This document shows, one piece after another, positions 9,513 through 17,473 of a stretch of 64,000 bases of DNA; positions within the stretch are counted from its first letter, which is position 1; every line of letters begins with the position of its first letter. Source of the DNA: an uncultured Candidatus Bathyarchaeia archaeon (GTDB lineage Archaea > Thermoproteota > Bathyarchaeia > Bathyarchaeales > Bathycorpusculaceae); contig CAZOPV010000006.1 of NCBI GenBank assembly GCA_964582085.1, positions 17,026 through 81,025 of the forward strand, in the 5' to 3' direction. The position numbers were made by a program, and so were the translations under genes. The notes under the pieces are model-generated. The model worked only from the letters and a program-made list of their open reading frames with translations. It was not told where the DNA came from and did no database searches.

Positions 9513-9767
9513 TTACAATAATTTCACTATATTCCGCTTTTCTAGACGCTTGAGTGCATCCAAGAACTCGCTTCTTTTTTCTCCGCCCAAGTTAAGGTGA
9601 TGCATTATGTCCTTAACAGAGACTTCAACTTTGCCAAAGTTCTCATGACGCTTGTGAAGATGCTTGACAATTGATCGTTCAACTTTTCCGCAGCGCCACG
9701 TTGTATTCCTAATCAGGATAACAAGGTTCCTCATGAAGGGCTGCTCACTGCTTTGCTGCATAGCCAA
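9513..9767 (-). CDS. Hypothetical small protein (possible winged-helix)
   Basis: 84-aa ORF with a C-terminal FLDALKRLEKRNIVKLL helix. Weak evidence. Confidence 0.35.
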   Translation of the reverse strand: MAMQQSSEQPFMRNLVILIRNTTWRCGKVERSIVKHLHKRHENFGKVEVSVKDIMHHLNLGGEKRSEFLDALKRLEKRNIVKLL

Positions 9768-9877
9768 CTTCCTTTTACCCGTATTATGAAGAAGCTAACA
9801 TTTTTAAGCATTTTGTGCTCCAAGCCACTTCGTCAGACAGCAAACGAGCTTTCAATTGGTGTACCTTTATATGAAAT

Positions 9878-10327
9878 TTACAGGTTTTTCCTTAGGTATA
9901 AACCGTGACCACTGGGATAATAGTTCTCAAGTTTAGCAACTTTGCTATAACCTGATTTTTCATACAGCTTTAAAGCTGCAGTGTTGTCTTCCCGTACTTC
10001 CAAATGGCAGGTAGTGATAGCTTGTGCCCTAAAAATGTCTTCAATTACCTGTAACAGTTTTTGGGCAATGCCTCTGCGCTGAAAGGTAGGTGCCACATCT
10101 ATAGTGAGTATGTGCCCCACAGGAGTGTTCTGATCCATTTCTATTACGCCTATGATGAAACCTGCTAATTGATGGTTTACCTTTGCAACCAAACCTACCG
10201 AATTATATGCGCTCAGTAAGGCTCGAAGGTAAGCCTTTGAAAAAGCTTCCAGTTTGAAGCATTGCCTTTCTATCTCATATAACTCGTCAAGTAGTCCACT
10301 TGTTGCGTATTCAATTGTTATTTCCAT
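9878..10327 (-). CDS. rimI: GNAT N-acetyltransferase, RimI-like
   Basis: The Q/RxxGxA motif (FQRRGIAQKLL) and the overall RimI-like layout (LEVREDNTAALKLYEKSGY). Confidence 0.75.
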   Translation of the reverse strand: MEITIEYATSGLLDELYEIERQCFKLEAFSKAYLRALLSAYNSVGLVAKVNHQLAGFIIGVIEMDQNTPVGHILTIDVAPTFQRRGIAQKLLQVIEDIFRAQAITTCHLEVREDNTAALKLYEKSGYSKVAKLENYYPSGHGLYLRKNL

Positions 10328-10366
10328 TTGGGTGCCTTAAAATAAAAATAATGTAAAGCAAAAGTT

Positions 10367-11440
10367 TTAGGCTTTTTGCAGTGAAAATGCAGATTTTGCT
10401 TTAAAAACAGACTTCAACTCTATCCATTGTTGCACAGCAAAACCGAATCCCACTCGTATCCACAGCGTGATTATACGACTTAGAACTGTTGCGGTTGCGC
10501 TAATGCCTGCAGGTACACCCATGGAGGTGTAGAGTGTAGTCATTGTTATTTCTGGTAGCCCTACCTCGAAGGGTACACCTACAGGGATAGATTTGACAGC
10601 GACAACTATGGAAGATGTTATGAAGATTATCGTCCAGGATACTTGAACTCCTAACGAAAGAAACACAAGATAGGGGATTGCAAGACTGGAAATCCAATTT
10701 AGCACAAGCAGAGCAGTTGGCAAGATTAATGCTTGAGGTTTTCGTCCAAATTCTTTCATTGAATCATGGAACATTTTTGTTGCCTTTAATGTTTCCTCTC
10801 TAAGGGCGACGAACTTTTCTTTCCAACGTCCTCTGCTTATGAATTCTCCTGCTCTTATTAGGCCATCAATTATTTTTGTGCTCCAATTTTCTTTCCATGA
10901 AATTACCAGCAGCACACATAAGATAGCAGTTATCGAGGCTGTGAAAAGCACAATTGCATTGAAGATAATTGGATTAATGGTGGCGGTGTCAAAAAGAAAG
11001 ATAATCCCCATAAGTAGAACTGCCACGTTGATCGCCATCCCCAAGATTCTCTGCGTGACTACTGAGGCGACTGTTTTGCCGCTGGTGCCGTTTTGTTCTC
11101 GGTTAACAAGGTATATCCTGCAGACTTCGCCTGCGATTGACTCTGCTGGAATAACAAGATCCATAAATATGCCGTACCATGTGTAGAGAAAAGAACGCAC
11201 TATTGAGATTTTGACTTTGAGCGCTTTTAGTATAGTTTGCCAAGAAACTGCATAAAAAAATATCTCTATAAATCCTACGAGTACCGCTGCTGAGTAAAGC
11301 CACAGATTAGCGGTCTGGGCTGTAGCTATAATTTCCAGAATGTTTACGTTGAAGAGAAGGATGTATAAAAAAAAGGCAACTATCCCGATTATGGGCAACA
11401 GTATTGTTTTATGTGTCAGTTGAGCTTTCGGCGTCTCCAT
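10367..11440 (-). CDS. Polytopic membrane protein, UPF0104 / LPG-synthase-TM (flippase-like) family
   Basis: About 8 TM helices. Size and hydrophobic pattern fit flippase-like UPF0104 proteins. The assignment is tentative. Confidence 0.5.
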   Translation of the reverse strand: METPKAQLTHKTILLPIIGIVAFFLYILLFNVNILEIIATAQTANLWLYSAAVLVGFIEIFFYAVSWQTILKALKVKISIVRSFLYTWYGIFMDLVIPAESIAGEVCRIYLVNREQNGTSGKTVASVVTQRILGMAINVAVLLMGIIFLFDTATINPIIFNAIVLFTASITAILCVLLVISWKENWSTKIIDGLIRAGEFISRGRWKEKFVALREETLKATKMFHDSMKEFGRKPQALILPTALLVLNWISSLAIPYLVFLSLGVQVSWTIIFITSSIVVAVKSIPVGVPFEVGLPEITMTTLYTSMGVPAGISATATVLSRIITLWIRVGFGFAVQQWIELKSVFKAKSAFSLQKA

Positions 11441-11549
11441 TCGTTTTCGCAGCCTATTGATGACCGCAGAATGAGGTCGCCCTCGATTATATGCTTTATC
11501 CTAAAAAAGGAGTTGATACCTTTTTCAAGCATTACTTTTTGCATACAGA

Positions 11550-12446
11550 CTAATATTGTAGTACCGAAGAGTTAGTGTGTAATTTATGGTCAACTGTGTT
11601 TTTTCGAGTTAAGTTTAAATTTGGTTGTATCTCTTCCCTTTTTCCCACAGGTATGCTTTTTGAGGCTTTGCTCCAAATCTCTTCAAAATAGTTTAAGGCT
11701 AAACCTGTAATAATGCTGTTGCTTGACCACAGAGAGGAGGGCGAGTTGTCAGCAGGAGTTGAAATGCATATGCTAACTTCTCTTTTGTCCAGTATAGCCA
11801 TAGTGATAGGTGCAGGGGGAATTACAAATCTAACTTCATATAATGGATGCTTCTGCAAAGTTTTTACATAATTCGGTAACCTTTTTCCATTTGGCGGTTT
11901 TTCCGTAATTGCCCTTATTCTTACCCCTCGCTGGAGTGTCTTCTTAAAGTCCGACAATCCATTTGATGTAACTCCATCAAATGCTTCCCATGTTCCTATG
12001 GAATCAATGCTTACTTGGGACGCTCGAGTCCCGTTCATGAGTTTCTTGAAGAGAAGTGATAATTCCGAGATAATTAATAACTGTGGTTCTTCTTGTACCG
12101 CAAAGGCAATCTTGAAGTTGTCTTCCTTAAGACGATTGAGAAGCGCTGTAGTTTTTTTTGTCAATTTTTCTTGTTCTTGTAAGTGGTGTTGAAGTAAGCT
12201 ATAAACGCCGTTTTTTATTGGAACCGCGTGATATTTGGTTGGGTTAGAAATTATCTGTTCCACAAGACCCATCTTTTGAAGAGACGGCATAATGCGGTAG
12301 ACATCTTGACGTGCAAGGTTTGAAGTTTTCGAGATAGCCTTTATGGTGGCGCATTCTAATCGGCAAAGGGCAAGGTATGCTTTAGCTTGAACCAGTGTTA
12401 ACCCCAAGTCCATCAACGTTTGGAGATACTCATCCTGTAGCATCAA
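11550..12446 (-). CDS. TrmB family transcriptional regulator
   Basis: LMDLGLTLVQAKAYLALCRLECATIKAISKTSNLARQDVYRIMPSLQKMGLVEQ is the TrmB wHTH. It is divergent from the second propeller gene. Confidence 0.8.
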   Translation of the reverse strand: MMLQDEYLQTLMDLGLTLVQAKAYLALCRLECATIKAISKTSNLARQDVYRIMPSLQKMGLVEQIISNPTKYHAVPIKNGVYSLLQHHLQEQEKLTKKTTALLNRLKEDNFKIAFAVQEEPQLLIISELSLLFKKLMNGTRASQVSIDSIGTWEAFDGVTSNGLSDFKKTLQRGVRIRAITEKPPNGKRLPNYVKTLQKHPLYEVRFVIPPAPITMAILDKREVSICISTPADNSPSSLWSSNSIITGLALNYFEEIWSKASKSIPVGKREEIQPNLNLTRKNTVDHKLHTNSSVLQY

Positions 12447-12543
12447 AGGTGTTCCCCAATTTTTAGTAGGAGCAAATATGAAGCCTTTTAGTTTTAAGCT
12501 TTCGCATTGTCGTCAGTACTACTGATTACAAACGCTTAAAACA

Positions 12544-12551
12544 TTTTTAAT
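12544..12551 (+). promoter_or_regulatory. TATA-like box upstream of the second propeller gene
   Basis: TTTTTAAT lies about 32 nt upstream of ATG 12583, with GGAG at 12570-12573. Confidence 0.3.
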
Positions 12552-12582
12552 CGACTACTTCCAATAAAAGGAGAAATAAAAT

Positions 12583-15153
12583 ATGAAAAAACAAGAAAAA
12601 TTTGCTAACTCCGTTGCTGTTATCACGATAATACTGATGCTAGCTGTTACCTCGATATTTGCAGCAATACCTTTTGCGTCCGCTGAAACCAAGATGGTTG
12701 AAACATTCTCTTTTATTGCTGCTGCACCCAACCCTGTAGGTGTAGGTCAAAATCTGCTGGTTACATTTAGGCTTGACAAGGTCTCACCAAACGCAGGTGC
12801 ATTAGGAGCAGGTACGATGTTCACAGGCTTTACAGTAAAAATCACTTTACCTGATGGGTCAGTCTTCAACAAAACTGGTCTTACTACCGACCCTACGAGT
12901 AATGGCTGGTTTATCTATGTGCCTACCATGGTAGGTCAATATAAGCTGCAGACATTTTTCCCTGGCCAACGCATAAATGGTTCATCGTTTAGCTTGTTTG
13001 GGCTATCAGTTTACGATAACACATACCTTCCCAGTCAAAGTCCAGAAATTACAGTCAATGTGACACAGGAACCTGTTTTGCCAATGCCCAACAACCCCCT
13101 CCCAACCGGCTATTGGACAACCCCCATCTATGGAGAAAACAAAGGTTGGAACGAAATTGCGGACAATTGGTTAATGGAAGGCTACGATTTCATGACGCGC
13201 TCTTTTGGTAGCGGCAACAACGCTTTCTCTCCATACACGATAGCACCCAACAGCGCACACATACTTTGGACCAAACAAATTATGCTCGGTGGCCTCGTAG
13301 GTGGGCCTTTCGGAGACGTGAACTATTACCAAGGCTTATCATACGAAGAACACTACAACCCCCTCATACTTGACGGAAAAATAATCTTCACAGAGCACTA
13401 TCTAGACCAAACAGTAGTCTACCAGACTCGTTGTGTTGATTTATACACAGGGGAAGATGTATGGATACTGAATGACACCAGCATAAAATTCGCGCAGGTA
13501 GTTAATATCGATACGCCAAACGAGCACGGAGCACTTGCGTACCTATGGGACACGGGTCCAGGCGGTTTATTCTCGGCACCAAGCACCACTTGGAAAATGT
13601 ATGATGCTTACACCGGCAGATACATGTGTAGTATCGCAAACGTGACATGGGGCGGTCCAGGAGGATTCGGAGTATCAACCGCGATACCAGGACCAAAAGG
13701 TGAAATACTTGCATACACCCTTGACTCAACTAGGAACAGAATGATCCTCTGGAACTCAACCAAAGTTCTCTACAATCCAACCTTCCTAGACACGTGGGGA
13801 CCAACAATTGGAGCAACATACGACGGCAACAGAGGGGTCGAATGGAACGTATCAATACCTCCAGTGATCCCTGGGACATCACTTCAAGAAGTTAAAGATG
13901 GTTATGCACTGGCGACATACGCCGACAACTCAGTGGTTCCACCTACTCATGTTGACGTAATGTATGACGTGAGTCAAATGAAGAAAGACTCAAACGGAAA
14001 CTATCCCACCACACTGAGCCCATTGTGGACAGCCAATAGAACCGGCATCTTGGAGACATTCTACATTCCAGGTCCCATCGGCAGTGGCATATACACTATG
14101 TATGACGAAGCCAGACTTATAATGCACGCCTACAGTCTCAGAACAGGCGCAGAAGTTTGGTCAACTGAACCTTACACCAGCGGCTGGGCAAGCTTCAATT
14201 GGCAATGGCAAATCGCCTACGACAAATTATTTGTGTCAGGATACGACGGCCATGTTCGCGCTTACGACACTTCTAACGGAAGACTGCTGTGGGACTATTA
14301 CTTTGGAAGCTCAGGTTATGAAACGCCCTATGGTACGTACCCCGTCTATTCAGGCTTTACAATTGCTGACGGTAAACTGTACATAACTAACGATGAGCAC
14401 TCCCCTGACGGTATCCCATGGAGAGGTGGCAAACTTTGGTGCCTCGACGTTAACACCGGTGAACTAGTTTGGAGTATATCCGGAAAGTTACGTATGGGTG
14501 CCATCTCTAATGGATACTACACGGCGCTTAATTCCTTGGACGGAAAAATTTACACTTTCGGTAAAGGACCCAGCAGAACAACAGTTTCAGCTCCTCAAAT
14601 TGCAGCTCCATTAGGAACCGCAATAGTCCTCACAGGTACAGTAACCGACCAGTCGCCTGGCTCAAAAGATACTCCTGCTATATGCGATACCGACATGAGT
14701 GCGTGGATGGAATATCTTCATCAACAGAAGCCCATGCCTACTAATGCAAAGGGTGTCGACGTCAAACTGACAGCAATAGACCCAAATGGCAACTTCCAAA
14801 ACATCGGAACAGCAACGACAGACATAGCTGGAACCTTTGGCATAACATGGGTTCCTCCTGTCGAAGGATTATATCAGATTACTGCAACCTTTGAAGGAAC
14901 CAACTCTTACGCTGGCTCATTTGCTACAACTTACCTGGCAGTTGGGCCAGCCGCTGTTGCGCCTCAGCCAACTGAGACTGTTGCTCCTACGGTTGCTCCG
15001 TCTGTTGTTCCGTCTCCGTCTGTTTTGCCTAGTGTGGTTCCTGAGCCTGAGTCTGCTGCTGTAGGCGTGGACGTCTACGTTGTCGCCGCCGCGGTAGTTG
15101 TCATCTTGGTGGTTGTTGCTGTAGCTGCGGTGTTTCTGCGTAAACGCAAATAA
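12583..15153 (+). CDS. Secreted PQQ-like beta-propeller repeat protein (paralog of 2530..5034)
   Basis: Collinear with 2530..5034 (NPVGVGQ, PTGYWT, PNSAHILWT, YDTSNGRLLWDYYFGSSGYETPYGTYP, TVTDQSPG). It has the same VVPEPE..TM..FLRKRK C-terminus. Confidence 0.8.
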   Translation: MKKQEKFANSVAVITIILMLAVTSIFAAIPFASAETKMVETFSFIAAAPNPVGVGQNLLVTFRLDKVSPNAGALGAGTMFTGFTVKITLPDGSVFNKTGLTTDPTSNGWFIYVPTMVGQYKLQTFFPGQRINGSSFSLFGLSVYDNTYLPSQSPEITVNVTQEPVLPMPNNPLPTGYWTTPIYGENKGWNEIADNWLMEGYDFMTRSFGSGNNAFSPYTIAPNSAHILWTKQIMLGGLVGGPFGDVNYYQGLSYEEHYNPLILDGKIIFTEHYLDQTVVYQTRCVDLYTGEDVWILNDTSIKFAQVVNIDTPNEHGALAYLWDTGPGGLFSAPSTTWKMYDAYTGRYMCSIANVTWGGPGGFGVSTAIPGPKGEILAYTLDSTRNRMILWNSTKVLYNPTFLDTWGPTIGATYDGNRGVEWNVSIPPVIPGTSLQEVKDGYALATYADNSVVPPTHVDVMYDVSQMKKDSNGNYPTTLSPLWTANRTGILETFYIPGPIGSGIYTMYDEARLIMHAYSLRTGAEVWSTEPYTSGWASFNWQWQIAYDKLFVSGYDGHVRAYDTSNGRLLWDYYFGSSGYETPYGTYPVYSGFTIADGKLYITNDEHSPDGIPWRGGKLWCLDVNTGELVWSISGKLRMGAISNGYYTALNSLDGKIYTFGKGPSRTTVSAPQIAAPLGTAIVLTGTVTDQSPGSKDTPAICDTDMSAWMEYLHQQKPMPTNAKGVDVKLTAIDPNGNFQNIGTATTDIAGTFGITWVPPVEGLYQITATFEGTNSYAGSFATTYLAVGPAAVAPQPTETVAPTVAPSVVPSPSVLPSVVPEPESAAVGVDVYVVAAAVVVILVVVAVAAVFLRKRK

Positions 15154-15160
15154 AACCCAA

Positions 15161-15182
15161 CTTTCCTTCTTTCTTTTTTCTT
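15161..15182 (+). terminator. Oligo-T terminator candidate
   Basis: CTTTCCTTCTTTCTTTTTTCTT lies directly after the stop. Confidence 0.35.
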
Positions 15183-15249
15183 ATAAGCGAATGACTTAAA
15201 GTGGCATTGTGGCAAGCCATAAAAGATAAAAACAATGTTATTTGTAAAA

Positions 15250-16878
15250 TCATGAGAAGGTAGGTTTTGGGTTCCCTATTTTTTTGCTTAAGCATGCAGC
15301 GATGAAACCATAGTATTCAGGTGATGCTTTACCTGGGCGGCTTTTGAATTCACCGTGGAATTGCGATGCAAAAAAGAAGTAATGATTAGGCAGTTCTAAC
15401 GTTTCCATCCTTCTGCCATCGACGCTTTTGCCTGAAAAAACTAAGCCGTTTTTGGTTAAAACTTCTCGGTAGTCAAGGTTGACTTCGAATCTGTGGCGGT
15501 GTCTTTCTTGAATTTCTTCGGCTTTGTAGAGGTTGTATGCCAGTGTGTCTTTTTCGAGCATGATTTTATGTGCTCCCAATCGCATGGTGGCGCCTTTGTA
15601 TTCGATGCCGCGTTGCTCAGGCATGAGGTCTATGACTGGGTAGGGTGTGTTGGGGTTGATTTCTGTACTGTTTGCGTCTTTTAGGTTGCAGACGTTTCTT
15701 GCGAATTCGATAGTTGCTAGTTGGAAGCCGTAGCATATGCCGAGGAATGGTATGTCTTTTTCTCGAGCAAATTTTATTGCTGCGATTTTTCCTTCGGTAC
15801 CGCGTGATCCGAAACCGTAGGGAACAAAGATGCCGTCATAGTTTTTGAGGTCAGAGATACATTCTGGATTTTGTTCAAGTTTTTCTGCTTCAAGATATGT
15901 TATGCAGACACGGGTTTTGCAGGCTGCGCCGGCGTGGCGTAGTGCTTCGCTCATGCTGACGTAGCTGTCAGTTAAGCCTGCGTATTTTCCTACAAGCGCA
16001 ATGTTCACTTCGTGGTTGGGTTTTATGACGGCGTCGACAAATTGTTTCCATTCTGTGAAATCTGTATCTTTGCATTTATGTCCAAAGCGTTGACATATGA
16101 AGTCTCCCATGCCTTGTTTATCTAGTATAAGCGGTACTTGATAGACTGAATCTGCGTTGTAGCTACAAAATACGGCATTTTCGGGAATAGTTCCGAACAA
16201 GGCAATTTTACGTAATGCTTCAACGTCAATCATTTTTGGGCTTCGGGCGACAATCACATCTGGTTGAATGCCGATGCGACGTAATTCGTTGACGCTGTGT
16301 TGCAGAGGTTTGGTTTTCATCTCCATTGTGACATCCAGTATGGGGACTAATGCCACATGAACATAGAGCGTGTTTTCGTAGCCTTCTTCGAGGCGCATTT
16401 GCCGTATGGCTTCTAGGAAGGGTAAGCCTTCAATGTCGCCAACTGTGCCGCCTACTTCAGTTAGGACAACTTCAGCGGTTGAAGTTCGAGCTATAGCGCG
16501 TAGGCGGTTTTTTATTTCGTTGGTTATGTGGGGAACAATTTGAACACATCTGCCCAGGAAGTCTCCGCGGCGTTCCTTTTCGATGACGGATTTGTAAACT
16601 AGACCTGTGGTTATGTTGTTTTCTTGTTTTAGGCTCAAATCGAGAAAGCGTTCGTACCAGCCTAGGTCTAAGTCCGTTTCGCCTCCGTCATCTGTGACGA
16701 AAACTTCTCCGTGCATGTAGGGGTTCATCGTTCCAGCGTCAACGTTAACGTATGGATCAATTTTAATGACTGTGACTTTCAATCCGCGTGTTTGAAGCAT
16801 TTTGCCAATTGAAGAAGTTAATATGCCCTTTCCGACGGAACTTAAAACTCCGCCTGTAACGAAAATATACTTCGCCAT
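15250..16878 (-). CDS. pyrG: CTP synthase
   Basis: MAKYIFVTGGVLSSVGKGI N-terminus, the GICYGFQ glutamine amidotransferase Cys motif and the HRHRFEVN motif. Confidence 0.95.
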   Translation of the reverse strand: MAKYIFVTGGVLSSVGKGILTSSIGKMLQTRGLKVTVIKIDPYVNVDAGTMNPYMHGEVFVTDDGGETDLDLGWYERFLDLSLKQENNITTGLVYKSVIEKERRGDFLGRCVQIVPHITNEIKNRLRAIARTSTAEVVLTEVGGTVGDIEGLPFLEAIRQMRLEEGYENTLYVHVALVPILDVTMEMKTKPLQHSVNELRRIGIQPDVIVARSPKMIDVEALRKIALFGTIPENAVFCSYNADSVYQVPLILDKQGMGDFICQRFGHKCKDTDFTEWKQFVDAVIKPNHEVNIALVGKYAGLTDSYVSMSEALRHAGAACKTRVCITYLEAEKLEQNPECISDLKNYDGIFVPYGFGSRGTEGKIAAIKFAREKDIPFLGICYGFQLATIEFARNVCNLKDANSTEINPNTPYPVIDLMPEQRGIEYKGATMRLGAHKIMLEKDTLAYNLYKAEEIQERHRHRFEVNLDYREVLTKNGLVFSGKSVDGRRMETLELPNHYFFFASQFHGEFKSRPGKASPEYYGFIAACLSKKIGNPKPTFS

Positions 16879-17032
16879 CTACGTTTACTCCGTAATAGAC
16901 TACACCTTTTACCCTGTTGTAATATAACTTTTTTTGTCAACAGACGTGAATAAGCGTTTGATACTTTTCTTTTTCTCTAACTAATTGTCTGTATGTATTA
17001 GACAAATAAAATGGGGGAACTGCCTTAGTTGC

Positions 17033-17365
17033 TCAGTAGCGTCTCTGTTGCCGCATTACTGCTCGTGCAAGGAGCCAAATACCTACTGCAATTATGGCAA
17101 GTGGCCACCATGGAATATTTATATTATAGACCTCAGAAATCAAGAAACTAAAACCTATTATGATTATTATTACGCCCGCAATTAAAGCACCTGTACCTGC
17201 CCGTTGGCGGTGATGACGTGTTTCCATAAATCCTCTTGAGTGTTTGATGAGTATAGCACCACATTTAACGCAGACGTTTGCATCCTCAGGGTTTAATTTC
17301 CCACATTTATAACAGTAAACCATAACTTGGCCTTCTACAGTAACCCGTAGTAACGGACTGCTCAT
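17033..17365 (-). CDS. Zinc-ribbon membrane protein
   Basis: CYKCGKLNPEDANVCVKCG zinc ribbon followed by two TM helices. Confidence 0.55.
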   Translation of the reverse strand: MSSPLLRVTVEGQVMVYCYKCGKLNPEDANVCVKCGAILIKHSRGFMETRHHRQRAGTGALIAGVIIIIIGFSFLISEVYNINIPWWPLAIIAVGIWLLARAVMRQQRRY

Positions 17366-17473
17366 AAGACTTTTGGTGCAGCTTTCTTCAAATTGTTTAT
17401 TTGTGTGTCTTTCTAGCTAAAGTTTAAACTCTGCTGTTTACAATACCTACAGGCACTCAAAGAGGAACTAAAA

